Below are positions 23,970 to 35,009 of a stretch of 40,913 nt of DNA, piece by piece. The stretch is taken from NCBI RefSeq assembly GCF_001194135.2, contig NC_068998.1, positions 12,953,507 to 12,994,419 on the forward strand. The letters are read 5' to 3'. The stretch's first letter is position 1; every line of letters starts with the position of its first letter. Position numbers and translations under genes: made by a program. The stretch is from Octopus bimaculoides. Its lineage: Eukaryota. The notes below the pieces were generated by a model. The model saw only the letters and a program-made list of their open reading frames with translations. It was not told the DNA's origin and ran no database searches.

Positions 23970-24080
23970 CATCATCATCATCGTTTAACGTCCGCTTTCC
24001 ATGCTAGCATGGGTTGGACGATTTGACTGAGGACTGGTGAAACCGGATGGCAACACCAGGCTCCAGTCTGATTTGGCAGA
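23970..24080 (-). mobile_element. RTE-type 3' UTR repeat, 5'-truncated
   Basis: catcatcatcatcgtttaacgtccgctttccatgctagcatgggttggacg... Confidence 0.8.
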
Positions 24081-24881
24081 CCATGTTCTTAATAAAGAAT
24101 TATGGACTCCATGAGTCATCAGTTTTTTTTTTATCATCCCAAAATCAGGAAAAACAACACACTTTGCAAATCTCTTCTGCTTTTTTTTTTTTGCCCAATA
24201 ATATACTATTAGTGTCTTTGTAATTATAAAGCATTGTATTTTTTATAATTAGTGTTTATATAAGCTTTTTTACTTATCTGTTTAAGTCTTTTATTATTTG
24301 TTTTTAGATTTTTTATTTATGCGTTAGTTGTCATGTAGCTTTCTTGTCTCTGATATCAGTTGCTATATGTTAAAGTAGCAAGGTGGCAGAATTGTTAAAG
24401 CTATAGAAAAATTGCTTTGGCACTATCATTTTACATTCTGAGTTCAAATCCTGCTGAAGTCATCTTAGCTTTTTATCCTTTTCAGTTTGGTAGTAAAGCT
24501 AGCTTACCAACTTAATAATAACAATAATAATGGCTCTCATGGCTTCTCATCTCAACTGATTAGAAGTATTATCATGTACATGTTTTGTTTTGGTATAAAA
24601 GATGGGCTACACCAAATATTCTGCTCAATACTACAGATTTGCTTCTCAGTTGCTTGACCGTAACCAGTTGAACAGGTCTCTTGGTGGCTGACAGTATGTG
24701 CACCTCTGATCATGAGCAGAAGTAGTGGGGAAACATCATAGCTATGTGTTGAGAGGAATTCTTTGGGGTTTGACTAATTCACCTTTGGAAATATGGGTGT
24801 TTCATTCAACATCCTTAAACAACCCTTATTCAAGGACCTTTTGAGCAGGAGGGCTACTAGGCGACATCTGCAAGGTCACTC

Positions 24882-24913
<32 letters not shown>

Positions 24914-25442
24914 TAATGTTCCTTTCTACTATAGGCACAAAACCACAAATTTTGGTGGAAGGGGATAGTCGGTTGCATTGACCCAAGCACACAACTGGTA
25001 CTTATTTTATTGATCCTGAAAGGATGAAAGGCAAAGTTGATCTTGGTGAGCAAGAATTGAAGTTGCTAAGCATTTTGTCTGATCTGCTAATGATTCTGTC
25101 AGTTCTCCACTTTTAGTAACAAGCTTATTGTATATAGAGCTCATTCCAGTGGCATATGGTGGTTGTTGTATTGGGTGTGTTGCCACAGCCAGTGCCACTA
25201 AATTTCAAAGTTTCTGTTAAGATTTGTGATTAAATTAATGAACGAGGTCAATATTTATAATGAATTTGCCAGTTTCGATTGGTGTGCAGTGCATACCTAG
25301 CACACCCAGAATATAAGCCCCTGGCTCAGTCATACAACAACTTGTCAAGAGAGAGTTAAAAAAAAAGGGTGAAAAGAGGCAACAAAAAGAAGTAAATAAA
25401 GACAGCAAGTATAGCTCAAAGTACATACGTGGTACTTGTAAT

Positions 25443-25836
25443 GTGTTGGCACTGTGTTGGCACTCCGTCGCTTACGACGTCGTGGGTTCCAGTTGATCCG
25501 ATCAACAGAACAGCCTGCTCGTGAAATTAACGTGCAAGTGGCTGAGCACTCCACAGACACGTGTACCCTTAACGTAGTTCTCGGGGATATTCAGCATGAC
25601 ACAGTGTGACAAGACTGACCCTTTGAATTACAGGTGCAACAAAAACAGGAAGTAAGAGTGAGAGAAAGTTGTGGTGAAAGGGTACAGCAGGATTCGCCAC
25701 CATCCCCTGCTGGAGCCTCGTGGAGCTTTAGGTGTTTTCACTCAATAAACACTCACAACGCCCGGTCTGGGAATCGAAACCGCGATCCTATGACCGCGAG
25801 TCCACTGCCCTAGCCACTGGGCCATTGCGCCTCCAC
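25443..25836 (-). mobile_element. Full-length, CpG-rich tRNA-headed SINE (head B + body X) with 12-bp TSD
   Basis: Head GTGGAGGCGCAATGGCCCAGTGGCTAGGGCAG...GGTTTCGATTCCCAGACC. Tail (AGTGCCAACAC)2. Flanks ggtacttgtaat (25431-42) and ggtacttgcaat (25837-48). Confidence 0.85.
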
Positions 25837-26401
25837 GGTACTTGCAATAAAACACAAGAAAACGAAGAAGTGTGAAAATAGTCATAAAGAAGAACGAGGG
25901 TGTATATAGACACAACAGGAGTAGTGTTGGTGAATTTTGGAAAGCATGGAATTTTGTGAAGGATGTAGGAGTCCTGACAGCTAACAACTGATATGGGTGG
26001 TTTATTCCATGCTTTGGCAATTCTGAGCATGAAGAAAAAGTTCCCCAAAATTATGGGTGGTGTGCTGTTTACTAATTTTGTAAGTGCTGTCCATTAGTGA
26101 TAGAAATGTTGGCATGGATATGTCTGCCAGAAAGAGAGGGTGGTGGGAAAGAAGAAAGCAGGGGAAGGAGGGAAAGGGCAAAGGAAAACAAGAGAAAGGG
26201 GTGAGAGAGCACCTGTATTTATAAGTATGTTGTTTCATATTTGTGTATGTATTAACTCATATATTTTTGTGATTTTATGAATTTGTTATTGTGTGTGTGT
26301 GTGTGTGTGTGTGTGTGCAAGTATAGTAATAATAGCAGAGAAAAATACACACACATACACACATGCACAGTACCTCAAAAACAACAGTACCATAAATATG
26401 C

Positions 26402-26434
<33 letters not shown>

Positions 26435-26506
26435 CACACACACAAGCATGCACATGCACACATACACACATGCACACACACAAGCATGCACATGCACACA
26501 TACACA

Positions 26507-26544
<38 letters not shown>

Positions 26545-26752
26545 CACACAGTACCATAAAGCGAACACAGTATCATAAAACACACACATGCAAGTCCTAC
26601 AAAATTAACACCAGCAAACATACACACACACACACACACGGACATGCACATCTTGTAGTGTAGTAATACAAAAACAACAACAACAGAAATAAATTTGCAA
26701 GAATATAAACATATTTGAGAATCTTTCTGAATCAATATGAGAAATCCTTCAC

Positions 26753-26861
26753 CTGTGTAATGGCCACAGCACAGCTATATCCTGCCAACTCTAATAGTTG
26801 TGGAACATTGAAAGCATATTCTGTTAGCAGCTCATCTTCTATTTTAATGGCCTCTTCCTGA
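26753..26861 (-). CDS. NAXE: YjeF_N family (NAXE/YJEFN3-like) internal exon, equivalent to human NAXE exon 2
   Basis: Minus strand reads ttctgtttcattacag|T CAG GAA GAG...ATT ACA CAG|gtgaag. The 109 nt encode (S)[36 protein letters not shown], matching recalled NAXE [37 protein letters not shown]. The phase-0 donor fits the next exon. Not in the ORF track. Orthologue versus paralogue status is uncertain. Confidence 0.92.
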
Positions 26862-26869
26862 CTGTAATG

Positions 26870-26916
26870 AAACAGAAGATAATAATGATAATAATAATAA
26901 TAATAACAATAATAAT

Positions 26917-26955
<39 letters not shown>

Positions 26956-27165
26956 AATAAAGGTGGTGATGATAATGATAATGACAATAATAATAATAAT
27001 AATAATAACAATAAACATAATAATAACAATAATAACAACAATCATAATAATAACAATAACAACAACAACAATAATAATAATAATAATAATAAAGGTGGTG
27101 ATGATAATGATAATGACAATAATAAAAATAATACTAATAATAATAATGATGATGATGATGAAGGC
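26870..27165. repeat. Compound (AAT/AAC/GAT)n microsatellite directly upstream of the exon at 26753-26861
   Basis: Direct reading; two internal aaaggtggtgatgataatgataatgacaat units. Confidence 0.9.
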
Positions 27166-27645
27166 AATTACATACATCGTCATTAAAGTAAACAAGATGT
27201 GATGGTGAGATAGTGGGGGAACAGGACACGAAATTTATATCAAAATGAAGAAGGTTGGGTGAGTCAGAGATACAATGCAAAGGAGGGATTTTAAAAGTGT
27301 GCATAAAACTAAAAAGATATACGGAGATGTACTTGCATAGCAAGTGACATGATCTGAGATCGTGTGCTGGAACGAAAACAATTGCAGCGTGGAAAGTGTT
27401 TATAAGCCATTTAAAATAGCACACAAAAGCCATCAGATTCACTTCAACATTTAAATTTAATTTGTCAAAATATTTTCGTTGCTTTGAGACCGCGACCTGT
27501 TCACTGACAAAATTGTGCTGTTATGGGATATGCTGAGGAGAGTTTTGCAGATGTTTGGGGTTAATGGGTAACTTCTTGTTGCCACAAAGTCCTTTATGAC
27601 TGCCCAGATGTTTGTGTTTCGGGATTAACTTGAAACATTTTAATA

Positions 27646-27842
27646 TGGCACAGCTCAATATTTAAGAGATGAGGAATTATGTACATTATTTACATTTGAT
27701 GGATATTTGTCCTCATCTTGTTTGTTAACACAACGTTTCGGCTGATATACCCTCCAGCCTTCATCAGGTGTCTTGGGGAAATTTCGAACCTGGGTTCTCA
27801 TTCTTAAGGTATTTTTTTATGCCATTATCATTATTATTATCA

Positions 27843-27884
<42 letters not shown>

Positions 27885-28116
27885 GCCCACGGGCATATGG
27901 ATAGTGATTAAGGGCATGGGCTACTAACCCCAAGGTTCTGAGTTCAGTTCCAGGCAGTGACCTGAATAACAACAACAACATCGAAAAATACCTTAGGAAT
28001 GAGAACTCTGGTTCAAAATTTCCCCAAGACACCTGATGAAGGTTGAAGGGTATATCAGCCGTTGTGATAACAACAAACAAGATGAGGACAAATATCCATC
28101 AATTGTAAATAATGTA
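27646..28116. mobile_element. Composite element: inverted arm (27682-27816) + (ATT)n + tRNA-like head (27891-27962) + (AAC)n + direct arm (27983-28116)
   Basis: The two arms of about 135 bp are clear reverse complements with scattered mismatches. Both contain the hammerhead region; the + strand copy lacks the AAAC of GAAAC. The head shows A/B-box-like motifs and a CTACTAA anticodon-type loop. Confidence 0.8.
27727..27772 (-). ncRNA. Minimal type I hammerhead ribozyme motif (Penelope-like pLTR type)
   Basis: Minus strand: GACAC CUGAUGA A GGCUG-gagggtatat-CAGCC GAAA CGUU GUGUU. Intact CUGAUGA and GAAA cores, 5-bp stem II, stem I GACAC/GUGUU, palindromic ACGU stem III, GUU cleavage triplet. One extra A precedes stem II. 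Confidence 0.75.
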
Positions 28117-28382
28117 AATAATGACGATCCTATCTTTTATTCATTCCAATTTGTGATATCTAGGACTACATAATTTAATGCTTCATTTCCTTTTAGACAT
28201 TAGTGTATAGTTTGAGGGGAATCCCACTGTTACATCTATGTGTGTATGTATATATACGGATGTGAGTGTGCATGTGTGTGCGTGTATCCTCTTGTCTTGA
28301 CATCTCATAATAATTACAAGCAAGCGTCACTGTCATAAAGTTGCTTGCAATTATCCTCCCACCAATTTCAGTAATTAGAAAC

Positions 28383-28421
<39 letters not shown>

Positions 28422-28942
28422 AGTGTTGAACTGAGAGATCTGTTAGTATGCTAGACAAAATGCTTAGTGACATTTTATCCGTGTTCATGTTCTGAGTTCA
28501 AATTCCACTGATCATATCAGCTGGGACCCTCGTCGTCGTAACCGACGGAATGCTCCTATCCTACTAATTTTACAGCTGAGTGAACTGAAACAATGTGAAA
28601 TAAAGTGTCTTGCTCAAGAATAAAATGCACTGCCTGGTCTGGAAATCAAAGCCATGATCTTGTGACTGTGACTGTAATACCCTAATCACTATGCCACACA
28701 CTTTTCATTATATATTCATAGCATACTGCAGATACACTGCTCTACAGCATTTCTATAAATTTCTCATTTATTTCACTAAACTCAACATGCTGTCATTCAA
28801 ACACATAACGTTTATTTCATAAAGCAACAATCAGTTTTATATCATTACAACATATGTAAATATATATTATCTATAAGCAAATATCATTTATTCATTAAAG
28901 TAATTTACATTTACATCGGCTGGATATATATATATATTTTTT

Positions 28943-29005
<63 letters not shown>

Positions 29006-29284
29006 AATTATATCTTGAAATGTGTGACTATCAAAATAGATGAGATTGAATCAGAAAAGTGACTCACTCACTAAGTCAAAGATTATTCTATGCTGATGTG
29101 GAGAGAAATCTTTTGCAGAATAGTTAAGGAGTGACAAAATAGTAATTAACAATATAAATAAAAGTCTTAAAAATTTGCAATAATTATGCAGGGAGGCAAA
29201 AATCAATATTAGTCCATGACTAATATTATTTTAATTATTCTGACGATTTGGGAAGGGAAAAACAAATATCCTCACTGGATTGGT

Positions 29285-29820
29285 TGTGGGCATGGTTGTG
29301 CAGTTAAGAAGTTCACTTCTTGGTTACGTGGTTTTAGGCTCAGTCTCATGGCATGGTACCTTGGGGGCAAATGTCTTCTATTATAGCTTCAGGCTGACTA
29401 GAGCCTTGTGAGTGGATTTGGTAGATGGAAGCTGGAAGAAGCCTGAAGAAAGATGTTAGGCACTGGAAAAGAGGGAGGAAGTGATGCCAAGAGAAAAAGT
29501 GTGTGATTCAATCTGCCTCTTTCTTTGACATGTGTAGCAAATTCAGGTGGATTGGTCAAGAGATTTGGGTAGTGAAAGAGCATAGCTTCATGCAACAAGT
29601 TTTCCAGTAACTTAGCAGTTCAGCAAAAGAGACCAATAGAATAAGTAACAAGCTTTATGATATATATAAATATAAATACAAATATATATATATATAAATA
29701 AAGATATATAAAAATTCCTAGGGTTGATTTGCTTGACGAAAATTCTTGAAGGTAGTACCCCAGCATGGCCACAGTCTAACGACTGGAACAAGTAAATGAA
29801 TAAAAGATAACAGATAAAAA
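29285..29820 (+). mobile_element. Family C SINE, head and 3' part separated by unrelated sequence
   Basis: Head at 29285-29450; 3' part at 29590-29820 (gtaacttagcagttcagcaaaagagaccaatagaataagta...ccagcatggccacagtc). Confidence 0.65.
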
Positions 29821-29894
29821 CAATTACAGATATGAATAGTTATTTTTTTAATCAATTTCTTACCACCAATAGTGATATTGATAATTACTTCTAC

Positions 29895-30105
29895 TCTAGG
29901 CACAAGGGTTTGAAAATTTTTTGGGGAAAAGGAATAGTCAATTACATCGACCCCAGTGCATAACTGGTACTTATTTCATCAACTTCAAAAAAGATGAATG
30001 GCAAGGTTGACCTTGACGGAATTTGAACTCTGAACGTAGCGGCAGATGAAATGCTGCTAAGCATTTCACCCAGCATGCTAACGATTCAGCCAGCTTGCTG
30101 CCTTA
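29895..30105 (-). mobile_element. tRNA-headed SINE family D (fullest copy; others at 162-304, 17204-17310, 24370-24490, 24915-25115, 28400-28510, 33750-33915)
   Basis: Recurrent ctataggcacaagg...gtcgattacatcgaccccagt...gaaaggatgaaaggcaaagttgaccttggtggaatttgaactc; B-box-like GAGTTCAAATTCC on the minus strand. Confidence 0.75.
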
Positions 30106-31792
30106 ATAGCGATATTAATAATGATACTATAAGAAGAGAAAACACATTAGCTCAAGCAATATGACAATGGAAGAAAAATTCAATCCCAACCTAGTTCACA
30201 CACACACACACACACACAGATATGCAAAAAAAAATATGAAGATATGTTAAAAGACACTTAGGAGATTGTGGCACTGCTCCAATATGGCTGGAAGGATGAT
30301 TTTTTTCAAAACCAAATAAAGTTTCATATGGAAATGGAGGAAAGCTAATTTTTCTTTCCATTTTGTTTTGTCTAAGCTTTTTTTTTTTTCAGTAAACTGA
30401 TGGTGATGTCCATCTCGGTTTATTTTTTGGTTTGGTAAGTGATAATACTGAAGGAAAATGGGGGAGAAGGAGGGGCAGCAGCAGCAGCAGAAGAAGAAAT
30501 GAAAGAAGAAATGGAAGATGATGATGACAACAAATACCACCACCATCACCACCAAGAAGGAGAAGGAGAAGAAGAAGAAGAAGAAGAAGAAGAAGAAGAA
30601 GANNNNNNNNNNAAGAAGAAGAAGAAGAAGAAGAAGAAGAAGAAGAAGAAGAAGAAGGCAGACAGACTGTGATTTGAAGGGAAATAAAGATGCTATTACT
30701 AGCTGATCAAGCAGAGGAGGCTACCATTTCGTTTCTATTGTATAGGAAGGAATATGACTGGAAGAATGGTCAGACATGATGATACATTTGCAAGAACAGA
30801 GAAGTAGATAGGCAGATAAATGGTCCAAAGTTGGATAAATAAATAAATAAATAGATATAGAATCTGGATGGTGGAGTAATTTGATGACTTATAGGGTAGT
30901 TCTTGATGATTTTATAGATAGATTTATGCCACTGATGTGTCTCACTGATGTGTAATTGGTCTTTTTCACTCAAATATACAGCTTGGAAGTTGATAATTAG
31001 TAAATTGGGAATTTCATTTCAAGGAAAATTATTTGTTTGATAAAAATCCTCCTCCTTCTCCTCCCCCTCCTCCTCCTTTTTAAAATTGTGTATATTAAAT
31101 AAATGATATTTATCTCTCCCTGGGAGAGTACATCTTTTGTTGATCTTATCTATAACAATAAAGTACACACGCACACACACACACACACATACAAAATATG
31201 GGGGTTTAGTTCACGTGATCTAAACGACTAGGTACGCTAGGTAAGTGCTGTAATGGATAACTAGGGCTCCAAGGTTATAGCTGGGATGGTAGTTATGGAG
31301 CAATTGCAGATTTCTGATATAGCAGATATATAATTGTTAAAGAGAACAACAAACGTTAAGGCAAGGCACACATCTCTAGTCATATACATTATTATTATTG
31401 GAAAATATGTATGTATGTATGTATGTATGTATGGAGAGACGCTTGTTCAAGGTGCCCTGGAGTGGGATTGAACCCCAAACTACATAGTTGTTAAATGATC
31501 TTTATAACCACAGAGCCATGCCTGAACCTATTACAGTTCATTCTTGTTTAGCAATACTGGTTTATTCCCAATCTACTCAACAACATGGATACCAATATAC
31601 ATTTGATCGAATAACAACACTGCATATAGGATTCCAATGAACCAATTCATGGTTCATCACATTTCTGATGATGCGATGACAAGGGAGTTTCTGTGCAACT
31701 TGGGTGAATAAATATCACTAGGTATTTTTGCTTCATAATACCGGTTCATTGGAAATTTTTTTTGATGTGATATATATATATATATATATATA

Positions 31793-31942
31793 TGAGTGGT
31801 TGGCGTTAGGAAGGGCATCCAGCTGTAGAAACTCTGCCAAATCAGACTGGAGCCTGGTGTTGCCATCCGGTTTCACCAGTCCTCAGTCAAATCGTCCAAC
31901 CCATGCTAGCATGGAAAGCGGACGTTAAACGATGATGATGAT
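31793..31942 (+). mobile_element. RTE-type 3' UTR repeat inserted in a (TA)n tract
   Basis: Near-identical to 20905-21078 and flanked by (TA)n. Confidence 0.85.
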
Positions 31943-32159
31943 ATATATATATATATAAATATATTTCAGTGAAATGCACATAAACATGTTGGACAATCTC
32001 TGGCTCACAGGATTTCTGACAAGGTTATGTTGATGTAACTCAGGTAGAATAAATACCACTTGGTAGTTTTGTTTGTGAAGATTGTTTGTTGGAAAATTTT
32101 CTTGTTGATATTTATATCTTTCATCATTATAAGTATATATATACATATATATATATATA

Positions 32160-32272
32160 TATAAATATAAAATATAAAATATATAAAATATAAAATATAA
32201 AATATAAAATATAAAATATAAAATATAAATATAAAATATAAAATATAAAATATAAAATATAAATATAAAATA
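32160..32272. repeat. AT-only (ATATAAA-type) tandem repeat
   Basis: Direct reading. Confidence 0.9.
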
Positions 32273-32839
32273 TCTCTAAGTTGGATGGCTAAACCGTAAC
32301 CAGTTCGACACGGGACTTTTTTTCATACGGGACTATTTGTGACGCACATGGAATAGATTTCTTTGAGGTGAGGTGCCTGANNNNNNNNNNNNNNNNNNNN
32401 NNNNNNNNNNNNNNNNNNNNNNNNNNNNNNNNNNNNNNNNNNNNNNNNNNNNNNNNNNNNNNNNNNNNNNNNNNNNNNNNNNNNNNNCGATGAATTCGTA
32501 AGTGCCTTTCTTATCGTTGATTTTTGGTGTCGCATGGCCAAAAGTTACCGTGAATTTTTTTTAGAGACACTTTCAAATTTATCAGAATATTGAGGCTGAA
32601 GATTGGAATAGTGAAATTTCCATTCACTTAACCATGAAACGATTCGTATCCAATTAACTAAAGGCTTGGTTTGTTTACGCTTTTCCCTCCGGTTTTTTGT
32701 TCTATGTGTGCCATAAATATCGCCATCCATTTTGGAGAAAAATTTGTAGTTTGGAATCAGTAGTTCTTTGACTGCTATTTCTAAATTTTCAGTATGTTGG
32801 AGAAGCAACTCAATTGCTAATCCCTGTATATTTATAATG

Positions 32840-32874
<35 letters not shown>

Positions 32875-33038
32875 TATATATAACAATCAATGATTTGTAT
32901 GAAGAAAATCATATCTTTATTTTAGATCACGCCTTAAAAATCCAACAATTGTTTCATATACATACATATATAGATTTTTGTATTATAGTGCATTGTTGTA
33001 TCATTCAAAACTTTTTATTCTTTATAGATATATATATT

Positions 33039-33104
<66 letters not shown>

Positions 33105-33131
33105 NNNNNNNNNNAATAATAATATGAACAA

Positions 33132-33675
33132 AAATTTATGTCAACACAACATTATCAAAATCCAAATTGGTGAAATTCTAACTGAACATCTGAAAAAATT
33201 TTAGCGGTTAAAAAACACTAACAGAAAGAAATACCAAACCAAATTTCACTTTAGACATTCATTCATTCAACCAAGATTGGCATCATCGAATAACTAATTT
33301 AGTTTATAAGAATAAAATATAAAGCATACCATACTAATTCCATATTTTTTGACAATTTGAATCTACATAGAAAAAAAAAAAAGCAAAGACAAACATAACA
33401 TAGAAAATGAATACACTTATCTCCTAAAACTGATGTTGTCACTGGATATCTAAAGAACAAAAACTGCAGACAAGAATTAGTATGGTATCTTTATATTTTA
33501 TTGTTATAAACTAAATTAGTTATTCAATGACGTCACACTTGGTTGAATGAATGAATGTTTAAAGTTAAATTTGGTTTGGCGTTTCTTTTTGTTAGCGTTT
33601 TTAACAGCTAAAATTTTTTTCAGATGTTCAGTTACAATTTCACCAGTTTGGATAATATTGTGCTGACATAAATTT
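33132..33675. repeat. Long inverted repeat (arms 33132-33340 and 33474-33675, 133-nt spacer); foldback/MITE-like
   Basis: The arms align as reverse complements over about 200 bp, with long exact runs such as cattcattcattcaaccaag and gaataactaatttagtttataa. Confidence 0.9.
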
Positions 33676-33924
33676 CTCTCTGACCCAAGCAAGCATGGAA
33701 AAGTGGATGTTAAAACAATGATGACAATGGAGTAATATATTGATTACAAATTTTGGCACAAGGTCGGCAATTTCTTGGGGGTGGGGGATTAAACCAATTA
33801 CATCGACCTCAGTGATTAATTGGTATTCATTTCATCAACCCTGAAAGTATGAAAGCCAAAGTCAACCTTGGCAGAATTTGTGCTTAGAATGTGCTAACTA
33901 TTCTGCCAAGTCACTAGCATTGAT

Positions 33925-34420
33925 ATGAAGGGTTTTGAAGTTTATCACATTGATATTATGTGATTTAAAATATGAAGAGCAGTGATAATATTAATATCAG
34001 TGATAATATTAATATCAGTGATAATATTAATATCAATGATAATATTAATATCAGTGATAGTAGTGATATATTTGCTTTACTAGTCTATTATTAGTGGTTT
34101 TAGAGTTTATCACAGTGACAGTATGATTTAAGTAACATGTTATTGGCAGTTATTAATGTCGGTGATATTCTTGTGATATCAATTATATTAGTGATAACCT
34201 TGCGATATCAATTAAGTGATATCCTTGAACTGCTAGTTTACAGTGATTATATCATTAATATGTCATTTTAAAGTTTATCACATTGGTATTATGTAATTTA
34301 TGTATTGTACAAGTAACAGTGATACCAGCAATATCACTTATGTTAGTGATATCTTTTCATCATAAGTCCACAAAATTGTTATATTAAAATTTACCATAAT
34401 GAAATTATGTGATTTAGGTA
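33925..34420. repeat. Degenerate tandem repeat (about 165-168 bp) containing an 18-bp sub-repeat
   Basis: tttatcaca recurs at 33941, 34106 and 34274; (gtgataatattaatatca)x4 at about 33982-34058. Confidence 0.6.
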
Positions 34421-35009
34421 CCTGTTCTTGGGTGGTAGACTTGACTATCACCAATTTTAACACCAACCATTTTGGTACCCTTGGCTACTTTTAGGGCAGC
34501 CCACCCTGTTGCATGTATGCAAATAAATATTCAGGCACAGTGTAAATTTTAAGGATCACTCTTCATTTTACTCCTACAAGTCATGAGTCCCTAAAAAGGG
34601 CCTTGGATGGTACCTTTCTTTTGGCTCTGATGAAACTGCTGTTATCCTTGTCAGGCCATATTCTCAATATACTAGGAATATACTGATTAATTACTGGTAT
34701 AGCAGAAATGCGGAAAACCCACATTAAAACTATGTCAAATTGATAATAAATTAGCCAATCAGAATAAAGATTTGTTGTCAGTGCAGTATTAATTTGTTTG
34801 TGAAGGCACATGGCCCAGTGGTTAGAGCATCGGGCTCACAAACATGAGTTAGTGATTATAACTTAGCAGTTTGGCAAAATAGACGAATAGAATAAGCATC
34901 AGAGTTTAAAAAAGTACTGGAGTAGCTCTTTTTGACTAAAACCTTTCAAGCGATACCCCAGCATGGCTACAATCCAATGATAGAAACAAGCAAAAGATAA
35001 AAGATGACA

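Noticed and set aside
25760-25836. tRNA-like sequences here and at 27891-27962 and 38190-38258
   Set aside because: They lack a full cloverleaf and terminator and continue into repeat bodies, so they are SINE heads rather than tRNA genes.
27463-27509. Third hammerhead-like fold on the minus strand (TGTCA...GTCGC/GCAAC GAAA ATATTT TGACA)
   Set aside because: No CUGANGA core and stem II is mismatched.
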